DNA from: Octopus vulgaris
Lineage: Eukaryota
DNA: 64,000 nt
Reading direction: 5' to 3'
Assembly: GCA_951406725.2 (NCBI GenBank)
Contig: OX597832.1
Span: forward strand, 558,001 to 622,000
The translations under genes and the position numbers were made by a program. Positions 52,751 to 64,000 of this stretch are shown here, piece by piece. The first letter of the stretch is position 1. Each line of letters starts with the position of its first letter. The notes under the pieces were generated by a model. That model was not told the origin of the DNA. It worked only from the letters and a program-made list of their open reading frames with translations, and did no database searches.

Positions 52751-52823
52751 AATGCAGCTGATGAAGACTAATCAAATTTACTTTGTCAAACGTATTTGAA
52801 GAGTCAGAAACCGGCCCTGCATT
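52751..52823 (+). ncRNA. Type I hammerhead ribozyme in a pLTR fragment (cleavage triplet mutated)
   Basis: AATGCAG-CTGATGA-A.GACT...AGTC.A-GAAA-CCGG-CC-CTGCATT; 7-bp stem I. Confidence 0.7.
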
Positions 52824-52997
52824 ATCCGATTCTAGGTTGTCCATTTATCAGATGTTCTTCCTAGAGGTAAGACAAATTTTTTTCATGTTTGTTTCACACA
52901 CGCGTCTTTGCTAGTATATTACGCAGTGAAGCTATACAATAGCGTCGTATTTATTACGATTGCTATTTTCCAGTAAATATTGGTGCCTTGTTGTACC

Positions 52998-53066
<69 letters not shown>

Positions 53067-53071
53067 TATAT

Positions 53072-53225
53072 ATGACGGTTTCTTTCAGATTCCGTCTACC
53101 AAATCTACTCGCAAGGCTTTGGTCGGCCCGAGGCTATAGTAGAAGAAAATTGCTCAAGATGCCACGGAGTGGGATTGAACCCAGAACCTTGTGGCTGGGA
53201 AGCAAGCTTCTTACCACACAACCAC
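53072..53225 (-). mobile_element. SINE 5' half (family of 13511); another copy at about 57410-57575
   Basis: Reverse complement of the tRNA-like head and body. Confidence 0.85.
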
Positions 53226-53422
53226 GAATTGTGAGTGTGTGTGTGTGTGGTAAATGAAAGAAGGAAGATGGTATACATATATATATATATATGTGTGTGT
53301 GTGTATGTGTGTGTATGTGTGTGTTTGTGTGTGTGTATGTATGTATGTATGTACGTATGTATGTATATTAACTCTTTTACTTGTTTCAGTCATTAGACTG
53401 CGCCCATGCTGGGGCATATATG

Positions 53423-54300
53423 TACGACGTCTGATCAATAAGTATCCGGAATATTGCCATAGTAATGAAGCTAAAATACGCAGAGTGAAGTCACTTGGCA
53501 AAGATTGACCTTGACTCCTGTGCATGCGAACTAAGTTTTAACGTACTAGCTCACGTCTGCTGTTTACTGCAGTGCTTGGTAGGAGGTGTGTAGCGTGTGA
53601 TCGTCGCATTGTCATGACACTTTCGTCATGACAATGCGGCGATCACACGCAAAGTTGCAGAAAGTGTATGGAGAGAAGTTTATGAGCCGCATACAAGTGT
53701 ACGAGTGGTTCAGGCGTTTCCAAGTTGGCCGAAAAAAGTCGATATTGACGAACGTTCTGGGAGACCAGCAGAACTGAAAAAACATTGCAGATGTGCGTGC
53801 AGCTGTGAGGGGAAAATCGTTGAATCATCATCCGTGAGTAATCAGAGGATGCGCAGATTAGTTACGGTTCACTTCAGTCCATTATCATTGAAGATTTGGG
53901 TATGAGACATGTGTCTGCCAAGTTTGTTTCAAAACTGCTTTCAAACTGCTGACCAAAAAGACACTCGGAATTCAGTTGCACAAAATCTCCTTGATTGTGT
54001 CCAGAACGATGAAAACTTTTTAAAATTTTTGTATAGACCACTGAGCAGGTATCGCCAAGCTTTTGGCAAAATTTGATGCAGATTCTCTGTTCAACTTTCT
54101 CTGTCATGATGAATACGACGATCACATGTTACATACCTTCCTTCTAAGTACTGCTGTAAACAGTGGAATTGAGCTAGAACGTTAAAACTTAGTTCGCATG
54201 CAACACCAGTGTTTAAGGTCAAGCCGTGCCAAGCGGCTTTACTCTGCGTGACACAAGCAGCATTACCCTGATGTGACTCTAGCAACTCTGAATAAACTTT
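53423..54300. mobile_element. Rearranged mariner-like fragments (+ then -)
   Basis: TA-CGACGTCTGATCAATAAGTATCCG terminus; VYEWFRRFQ, DERSGRP, HVSAKFV.KLL on +; EQRICIKFCQKLG on -. Confidence 0.75.
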
Positions 54301-54309
54301 CTTCACTAT

Positions 54310-54670
54310 TACCTACATAGGAGTCTATATCTGCTCTAGTTAACTCCACGCACTCTTCTACTGATATTAGTCCTCTTCCGCCTTCCTTTCTAGGTAAATA
54401 TAATCTTGCTACTCCCAATGCACGAGACTTACCACCCTATTATGTCTCAAGTTCCTATACACTTACTCCACTAGTTTTCTGAAATTATGTGTGCAACTGT
54501 TTCTTCTGTTTCACCGCACATCCTACATTTCCCGTCAATATTTTCTTTGTCAATGACTTACCTGATATTTCTGGTTTGCAATGCCTGCTCCTGTGCACCC
54601 ATAATCATTCCTTCTGTCTCTCTCTTTAGTCCAATTTTCATCAGCCAGTTCCAGCTCTTCCTTACTCAAA
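54310..54670 (-). mobile_element. R4/Dong-like non-LTR retrotransposon fragments
   Basis: ARLYLPRKEGGRGLIS and ETEGMIMGAQEQALQTRN motifs. Confidence 0.7.
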
Positions 54671-54959
54671 CTCGTACGTAGCTCTACACATTTATACCCA
54701 TACCAAAACACTAATTTTAGCATACCTCTGACAAAGATAAACTAGGAAATACAAAGATACAAATAAGAAAAAACAACAAAAATAAATTAAGGAAAATAAA
54801 AAATTTTAGGGAAAAAGAAAAACATTTAAAGATAAACATGTTATAAGAGGATAATCTAATAACTATTTGTCTCTTGCATCTGTTACAGCTTCACTTACAA
54901 AATGTCATACCATACATTATACTAAAATATAATATTTCAATTACTATACAATGAGATAC

Positions 54960-56240
54960 ATTCTTCTTTAAACACTGATTTTAAAAAGACCTTCATTACG
55001 GAATCACTCAAGTTCATTCTGACAAACAATTATTTCCTCTTCGAAAACACACACTACCGTCAAAAATGTGGTATCGCGATGGGTACCAAAGCTGCACCAG
55101 CCCTTGCGAACCTCATAATGGGTTTCTTTATGAGATATCACGCCAGAAATTTGGACACCTTTTCCACATCTAGTTAATGGAAAACTGGAAAAGATACCTA
55201 GATGATTGTTTCATCATATGGAAAGAATCTTATGAAAAACTTCTGGAATTCAAAACCACACTGAACAACATACATCCCAACATTCAATTCACTACGGAAT
55301 TCATCAAACATCATCTCCCTTTCCTTGATCTCCTAATTATAAAAACACCTAACAACTAAATCACAACAGACATCTACCACAAACCTACAGACTCACAACA
55401 ATGCCTTCTCTTCAGTTCATGCCACCCAAAACACACCTTCAACTTAGCTAAAAGGATATGCACCATTGTCTCGGATCCAAAAACTCGAGATATACGCCTT
55501 CAAGACCTCAAAAAAAAAACACTATTACAACGCCAATATCCATCCGCACTCATAGACTATGGAATAAAACGACTCGACAATACTACACTGAAAAGAACTC
55601 GACAATAATGCACTGAAAACCACCCAACACAGTAACACACCCAACCTCAAAATACTTCCATACATTTCCACCCACAACGCCCAAAATATTAAAGCATACA
55701 CCACAATCATACAAAACTTCCCCTTACTGTCCACAGACCCAAAAGTGAATAATATTATCAATACACATAAAATCCTTAAATGCAAAAGGCAACATAAATC
55801 TTTGAAAAAACTCTTAACAAATGCCAAACTTCAAACACCACATCCACCCCCATCTTTTAAAAAATGTGCACGCCCTAACTGTGGTACCTGCCCCTTCCTA
55901 CTTGAAGGCTCTGAATTTACTTTCAAACAAGGAACAAAGTTTAAAATCAAGACCAGCTTCACCTGTTCCTCCGAGAACCTCATCTACGTTCTTACATGCG
56001 CCGGTTGCCAACACAATTATGTTGGACAAACGAGCCTTCCTTTACGTAGAAGAGTAGCAGTCCATAAAGAACAGATAAATCTCCCACAATACCGTCAAAT
56101 TCCACTCAGTAGACTCTTGCGCTAGAAATAAAAATCCCAAATTTCATATATTCCCTTTCTATCTCTACACAAGAAAGAATCAACTAGGAGAATCTTTTTA
56201 TTGAAAAATTCCAAACGCTTCTTAATATGCAAACTCCACG
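54960..56240 (+). mobile_element. Penelope-like element RT/GIY-YIG fragment (related to 23780-27420)
   Basis: GIAMGTKAAP, WKRYLDDCF, LPFLDLLI, NLIYVLTCAGCQHNYVGQT. Confidence 0.9.
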
Positions 56241-56803
56241 GTGACCATATCCCTTTTTCTAGCATCCTGTCTGACAAAAAATTGATATAAAATTGACAAA
56301 AAATCCAGCATTCCAATTAAAGAGTATAAAATCCACAGAATTGTCTCCCCTTATTCACAGGAACTGGATAACTCCCACCCCATTTCCTGTTTTGACACAC
56401 AAACACCCAACTTTTTCAAACAAAACACTACACTTAAACACATGCATCCTAACCCTCTAAAGAAGTTTTTCCAAGGACTAATATTGAACTCTAAAAGCAT
56501 AAAGACTCTACAATGTATTGGTATATTTATTTATTAATTTTTGTATATATGCATTATTATTTTTTTGAAAAAAAAACATTGTAAATTTCTTTTTTCCTCT
56601 TCCTCAATTTAAAAAAAAATATTTTCCCCCTTCCAAATCTTGAAAATTTGCCTTGCAATGAAAGCTGGTTTGATTTCTTTTTTCTTTTTAAATTTTTCAT
56701 ACACCCATTTTTATTAAAACGTACTTTCAATTTAGCATTCTGCCTTATTATTTTTTCTTCGCCTCTCATTTCTCCACGTGTGGTTAACACAACCCCAACA
56801 TTT

Positions 56804-56855
<52 letters not shown>

Positions 56856-57351
56856 GTATGTATGTATTATATATATATGTGTGTATATATATATATATTC
56901 TTTTATCTTATATTTGTTTCAGTCATCAGACTACATCTATGCTGGGGCAAAGTATTGAATTTTTAGTCTAATGAATCGACCACACTGCTTAATTTTTAAG
57001 CTTGATAGTTATTCTATCGTTCTATTTTTAGCGAACCGCTAAGTTACGGGGATGTAAACACATCGATACCGGTTGTCAAGCGGTGATGAGGGGACAAACA
57101 CAGACACAAAAACTCACACACATAGGTATGTATACATACATACATATACATATATATATATATATATATACTGAACCTTACAAAGGTCTTGACAATTAAT
57201 TTGTCGTATTTACATACCGAAATTTACCGGTAAATAATTGTTGGTTACATGATAAACCACAGGAAAATTATTTACCATTTTTATTGAATTATATATATAT
57301 ATATATATATACACACGCACACACACACACGCGCACACACACACGCACACA

Positions 57352-57411
<60 letters not shown>

Positions 57412-57609
57412 CGACTGGCTCCTTTCAGTTTCCGTCTACCAAATCCACTCACAAGGCTTGGTAAGCCAGAGGCTATAGTAGAAGACACTAGCCCAAGGTA
57501 CTACACAGTAGAACTGAACCCGAAACCACGTGGTTGGGAAGCAAGCATCTTACCACAATATTACTCCTGCGCCCATGCCACTCCTGCGTCATATATATAT
57601 GTAGTGTCA

Positions 57610-59215
57610 GATACAAGAATACCGAAGACCGTTTCTTCACCGAAAATAATAATATTAAAAATAAACGAAATAACGATAACATCTGGTTAATAATCCCTCT
57701 CGCAATGGAGCTTAAAACAAACATAGTTTATTCTATAATGAGACTTATAGATAAGCACTTGAACTTAAATAACAAATACCCAGAAATCTATAGGAATAAA
57801 ATTAGAGTAGGCCAAAGCCTAACTAGCAACCCAGCTACTATCATAGCCTCGTTCAACAACAAAAAGCTAAATGCCTTCTATGAAACTAGGTAAAAATAAC
57901 ATGAAACATAGCAACCAATCGACAGATATAATAAATGTAATCCCTAATAACTCGCTCTCAAATAACGTGGACAACGACCTTATAATAACCCCCTGAACGC
58001 AACATACGCACAGATAAGCTTAATAATTTATGTGGCAGCAGAGATAAAAACAATTGCGAATCCTCCAATATTTGTAAAACTAAAAACGTAATCTACCAAT
58101 GCGATGTACTCGCACATAATTACAAGAAATCTTATATAGGAGAAATTAAAAACGAAATGATACTTAGATATAATTCCCACCGATCTAGTTTCAGAAATAG
58201 AAGTAAAACTCTACCGGACTTAGTAGTTACATTTGGGAACTGAAAGATAAAAATATTATAGATTGGAATGGCGCATCCTAGCCAAAACTTCCTCATATAA
58301 CATTAACAATAATCGCTGTGAAATTTTAATGGCCAATTACTTCTACTTAATATTTTTTGTTTGCATAAAAGCAGATTCGCATTCCCAAACTACCGCTAAA
58401 CCCTCTTTGTCCTTTAAATATCGCTAACCCCTATTTGATAGGTTATTAGTTAACGTACTTAACCTCTTATTACGTCCCCTTAACATTCCCACGTACTAAT
58501 AAGCACTACTCAACTTTACTCCACATTATATACCAATTACTGAACTTTATACTTATTTTATATACTACGCTGGGGCACTATTTTCCTATTTTCCATTTGA
58601 TAGCTAGACTACCGATTCACTTTGCATGCTATAATTTCCCTATCGATCTTATTGTTTTTCTATGCACTCTTCAACCCTTTCCTTAGCCCATTATACACAC
58701 ATTATCGTACATATTTTAAATAATAACTTTACTACGGCTTCCATTGAAAAATACAGGAACTAACTTACAGGCTATAAATTAGTGTCACATAGGTCCAATT
58801 AACTATACCGGATATCCCCAATAGCGATAACTCCTTCGGATTACACCGGTGTAGAACCTACGGCACGTGGAATTATGAAACTAACTAATTATAAGACCTT
58901 GGATTTAACTAAATCTCTTCTCTTCTATCCCGCAACTGATATATTGAATTATGCACCTCATTAAAATGTAAGACTATTGAATTAACGAACATTTTATTTT
59001 TTCCATTCCTTTCCTTACATCTTTTTATTTCCCTTCTATTTATCTTTGCCGTATAATCGTTCTCATGATGTCGATCAATTGCAACGAGGCAAATGTAAAT
59101 TTACCCCAGCTCGATATACTGAAACAGCTGTAAATATACTCTCATCTTTATTAAATGACTTTAAAACACCAATGATCCAATTCTAACTGCTATTATTGCT
59201 CCATTTCTTATCGTT

Positions 59216-59220
<5 letters not shown>
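57610..59220 (+). mobile_element. Degenerate PLE GIY-YIG region and pLTR
   Basis: NVIYQCDV...KSYIGE...RYNSHRSSFR; the 3' part matches the hammerhead-bearing pLTR at 13205-13410. Confidence 0.7.
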
Positions 59221-59279
<59 letters not shown>

Positions 59280-59480
59280 CAGAAAAAGAATGACTTCATT
59301 GACATTTCTAATCATTTTAATTTATCATTTCTTAATTTTTTAGTAATATAAATTTTACACTTTAGTTCGTAGATGTAGTGAGTTCTTAGATCTACGAACT
59401 AAAGTAAACAAATTTATATTACTAAATGTGTGTGTGTGTGTGTATACATACATACATACATACATACATACATACATACA

Positions 59481-59511
<31 letters not shown>

Positions 59512-60190
59512 GTCATGATTGGAGATGTCATGATGGGGAAGGCAGCCAATCTTGGCTTAAGTGTTGGGGTATTAAGTGGTGTGGGCGGTAAGGCTGATTT
59601 GCAGCCTAATGCTGACCATATCATTAAAAATGTTCAGGACTTGCTACCATTGATAATGCCGACAGAGGAATGGAAAGACTGTTACGTATATTCGACTGAA
59701 CGCATCCTAATCGAACGTCATTTTGAGGAAGGAAAGTCTTGGAGAAAATTTACCTGAACAGAAGGTTTCGTTAGCCATTATTGATTTGCATGGCACCTTA
59801 GTCTGTTCTGAAGCTGTTTGATTAAATTGGACAAAACAAATTGCTAAAAGGCTCGAAGAACTAATACACATGGAACTAATGGAAGAGTTTTATTCACGCC
59901 TTGGAATTTGTAAAATATCTCTTAAGGTGAAGCATGGTATTCTTGAAGAACGTCCAAAAGCCGAGATTAATGATGCTCTAAAGTCACTTCTTCGAGAACA
60001 AGATCTTGGTTATGAAGAATTATTAGTGACTGTTAATCAGGCATGAAAAGACTGCAAGAACTCATTGTAGGGAGATCTGAAAGTTCTGGGAGACATTCAG
60101 CATCTTTTCAAAACTTTGAAGCAAAATAAAATCAAGATTGATATCATGTAACAAGACGCACACGAAGAGATCTTCAAGATACTCGACCGT
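59512..60190 (+). pseudogene. Fragment of a tandem HAD-superfamily hydrolase gene, disabled
   Basis: VMIGD..MMGKAANLGLSVGVLSGVG...ADHII..VQDLLPLI (HAD motif IV and C-terminus), then after a frameshift LAIIDLHGTLVC (motif I-like) and LFKTLKQNKIKI; in-frame stops; no introns seen. Confidence 0.7.
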
Positions 60191-60292
60191 GTGTGTGTGT
60201 GTGTGTACATTTCCATGTATGTGCACTTATATGTACATGTATATATGAATGTGTGCGTAAGTATATATATATATATATATATATAATAATAA

Positions 60293-60907
60293 TATTAGGG
60301 AATAAATCCAAACTTACAGGGAAAAATTAGATTTAGGATTAAATCCAATTTTATAGTATAAATATATTATATTATATTAAATTAGAGATAAAACCACTAT
60401 TAGGCAAATCGAACAGTGAAAAACATAAGCCAATACATAAAATTAATTAAAAAATATAAAAGTTAAAAATTAAAAAATTATTTAAATAATTTAAACTTAT
60501 AAATTTTAAATATGTATATACAAATATATATATATATATGTATGTATATTTTTATATTTATATATTATTTTATTTATTAATTTATTTATTAATTTTTTAA
60601 TATATATAAATATCAAAAGTATTAAAAGTTTAATAAAAGATAAAGAGTTTTATCTTTATCTTTTATTAAACTTTTAATACTTTTGATATTTATATATAAA
60701 AAAATTAATAAATTAATAAATTAATAAATAAAATAATATATAAATATAAAAATATACATACATATATATATTATATATATATATATATATTTAAATTATT
60801 TAAATACTTTTTAAATTTTTAACTTTTATATTTTTAAATTAATTTTATGTATTGGCTTATGTTTTTCACTGTTTGATTTGCCTAATAGTGGTTTTATCTC
60901 TAATTTA

Positions 60908-60915
<8 letters not shown>
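60293..60915. repeat. AT-rich fold-back element between (TA)n tracts
   Basis: About 60365-60645 is the reverse complement of about 60650-60915; homologous to the arms at 15286-19700. Confidence 0.85.
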
Positions 60916-60970
<55 letters not shown>

Positions 60971-61271
60971 GTATTTGTGAACGTGTGTTAACACACACAC
61001 ATATTCATGTGAGTTTAGAGGGATATATTATACGGGCAGATATTGTGGTAGCTCTCAGTTATATTCCGGGTTACGGCTAACCACATCGATAAGCTTTAGT
61101 TCGTAGATGTAGTGAGTTCTTAGATCTACGAACTAAAGTAAACTCCTCCAAATTTATATTACTAAATGTGTGTGTGTGTGTGTATACATACATACATACA
61201 TACATACATACATACATACATACATACATACATACATACATACATACATACATACATACATACATACATAC

Positions 61272-62291
61272 TTCCGATGAACCGATGAAAATAGTAGACT
61301 AGAAAGGAAAAATGAACCTAGCAGCCTACAAACACTTATGGCTAGGGGAAAATAGTAGATCGATAGATGAGGGCAGCAGTAGTAGGAACTATGACACTAT
61401 GATAAAAGCTAATGTTCAGGACTTGCTACCATTGATAATGCCGACAGAGGAATGGAAAGACTGTTACGTATATTCGACTGAACGCATCCTAATCGAACGT
61501 CATTTTGAGGAAGGAAACTTCTATATAGGAGTCAGCCCGCTAATTTTTAAAAATAAGACTAGCTAAGCATTTAAATTCATTTAGAGATTGAAGTAAAATG
61601 AACAAAGCAAACTCAAGCAAACTAACCTGGTTCCTTAAAGTTAGGAGAGATACACGGAGTGAGAGATAATTAGTATGACTAAACAATATCAAGTAGGAGA
61701 AAATAGATGTGAGTTATGTATAGAACAAATATACCAAATCTTTAGATCGCGACACAAATTACTTAATAACAGGCTGGAACAGGCCTTAAGATGCTTACAT
61801 AAACATACCAAAACATTTAAGAAATTTAACACATGTTCTAGAATAGAAGGATAGCAGCACATGTCCTAAGCTTCCCAAATACATGGCCTTTTTTTATTAA
61901 ACTAGTGTATATTTTTCTCTTTTCTACTACACAGCATAAATACCACAGCCACGAAAATATTAGGTACCCATCTACTACAATACACAAAGAAGCCTGCCAA
62001 AAACAGTAACATAAACTTCAACCTAGTTATATAGGACGGCAACTGGCGTGAAACCGAGGTCAACCACACAAGCTCACAAACAGATCAGATTTCAGATTCA
62101 AAACAACCTCCCCTCACTTCTCTCTGTACCCTAATTAACAAACAACTAACTGTATTTATGCAACTGCATATGCTCTGTGCAGTAGAAACACGTGTAGGTC
62201 GTCGTGACCATAAAAACATGGTGTATGAAATGCAAAAAATAAAAGGAAATAAATTTTGAGGATGTATCAGTCTCCATATTCTCCATCGTCA

Positions 62292-62295
<4 letters not shown>
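61272..62295 (+). mobile_element. Degenerate PLE GIY-YIG and pLTR fragment carrying a 107-bp templated insert
   Basis: NFYIGVS, RCELCIEQ..QI, LLN.R.E...RCLH motifs. Confidence 0.65.
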
Positions 62296-62336
<41 letters not shown>

Positions 62337-62338
62337 GT

Positions 62339-62396
<58 letters not shown>

Positions 62397-62412
62397 GCAA
62401 ATATAAGCTTAA

Positions 62413-62965
62413 TATTAGGTTGTCAATAAAGTTCTTGCGGAATTTTTAATTTTGGTTTTAAATTATGTATTTTCAAATTAATTTTCGTTAAATTACTTTG
62501 ACTTTATATATCATTTTAAAGCCCGTTTTTCGCTCTATCAAATCGTGTTACTCTTTTTTTTTTAATAATTAGGCCATTTTTTCCGGAACGTTGAATACAT
62601 GGACAAAAAACAAATTTGCACAATTTTCCTATTCCAGTTCAAGCTAGGCTGAAAAGCTGCTGAAACAGCTTGCGATATCAACGATGCATTTGGCCCAGGA
62701 ACCACTAATGAACGTACAGCACAATGGTGGTTCAAGAAATTTCGTAGCGGTGACGAGAGTCTTGAAGACGATAAGCGTAGTGGTCGGCCATCGGCTGTTG
62801 ACAACGATCAACTAAGAGACTTAGTCGAGGCCAATTCACGAAGCTAATCCACGCTCGAGAGCTTGCTTCTGAATTAGACGTAACGTATACGACAATTTCC
62901 AACCACTTGAAAGAGATTGGAAAAACAAAAATACTTGAGAAATGGGTGCCGCACAAATTGAACGA
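62413..62965 (+). mobile_element. Mariner 5' fragment (Hsmar1/Mos1-like N-terminal HTH)
   Basis: TATTAGGTTGTCAATAAAGTT terminus; KAAETACDINDAFG, TAQWWFKKFRSGDESLED..RSGRP, KWVPHKL. Confidence 0.85.
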
Positions 62966-62984
62966 CAAACCCCCCCCCCCCCAT

Positions 62985-64000
62985 ATTATCATGAGCCTTA
63001 ACACAAGCAAATTTAAACCCTATCACAAACCAAATGGGGAAACCTCGTACATAGACATGGGTCCCAAACACCCACCAGCGATAATTAAACAATTAGCTTA
63101 TAACATTAGCAGGCGCGTATCCAATCTATCCGGCGATAAAGACACTTTTGAAAAGGCTGCCCCATACTATAAACGGTGTTATAGAAAGGCCCAGCTTCAA
63201 GAATAATATAAACTACATCGAACCTAACGTAGATAGACAAAGAAGACGCAGACAAAGGAAAATCTTATGGTTCAACCCAGCTTATAGCGTGAATGCAGCC
63301 ACTAACACAGCTAGAAAATTCTTAAAATTAATAGACAATCACTTCCCATATTCACACAAATACTATAAGATCTTCACTAGAAACACTGTTAAAGTTAGCT
63401 ACAGTTGCCTCCCTTGTGTAGGGTCGATAATCTCCAACCACAATGAAAATAAACCCACCAGGAATACCCCTGGAATACACTGTAAATGTAGATCTCCGAA
63501 CCGCTGTCTTCTAAATAATAGCTGTTTGAAAAAAGAACTTATACACAAGGCCAAAATCATGGATCCCAACGGAGTAGCAAAGACATACATCGGAATGACG
63601 GGCAACTCGTTCAAGGAAAGATACACACGACATCTGGCGTCATTCAGGGACAAAAATGGAAGACATGCGACATCCCTATCCAATATGATATGAAAGAAGG
63701 AAGAGTAAGCAACTCCCCAGATAACGTAGTGCATTATTGCTAAAGCCAGGAAATACAGGAGACAGGGTACCAAATGTGAGTTTTGTATTACTGAAAAACT
63801 AAACATCAACCAGTCAAAAGATAACACCTTAAACATTGGAGATGAAACCTTCTCTCTTTGCACACACAAGCACTGTTTTACACTCTGACATTTCAAAGAG
63901 GAATCACCACCCACTCCGCCGATCCTAACAGGATAGTTTATTTCCCTGAACGTGAACATACGAACTCTACACATAGAAGATACATGCCCCACCCCTGATG
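62985..64000 (+). mobile_element. Penelope-like element RT thumb + GIY-YIG, running off the window
   Basis: KPYHKPN, HPPAIIKQL, RKILWFNPAYS, VKVSYSC, YIGMTGNSFKERYTRH, CEFCITEK; the window ends at CTGATG (possible hammerhead core start). Confidence 0.9.

Overview
AT-rich, microsatellite-rich eukaryotic DNA made almost entirely of transposable-element remnants. The tRNA-derived SINE families resemble those of Octopus, so a coleoid cephalopod is inferred but not proven. I see no intact host gene, only a decayed tandem-HAD-hydrolase fragment near 59.5-60.2 kb. The window holds many Penelope-like elements (PLEs; RT + GIY-YIG, pseudo-LTRs with minimal hammerhead ribozymes, fold-back structures between (TA)n tracts), CR1, RTE and R4-like LINEs, piggyBac, three mariners, Helitrons and SINEs. 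The stand-out locus is 30.7-35.85 kb. Three head-to-tail ~1.6-1.7 kb elements there each encode only an RRM/CCHC-knuckle (Tx1/L1 ORF1-like) protein. All are separated by the same 11-bp target sequence and sit next to a hammerhead ribozyme in a pLTR-like host. The third copy carries about 1 kb of dense, sense-strand A-to-G substitution with ADAR-like neighbour preference, apparently an A-to-I hyper-edited RNA that was reverse-transcribed and fixed in the genome. All alignments and counts were done by eye, and many element boundaries are approximate.
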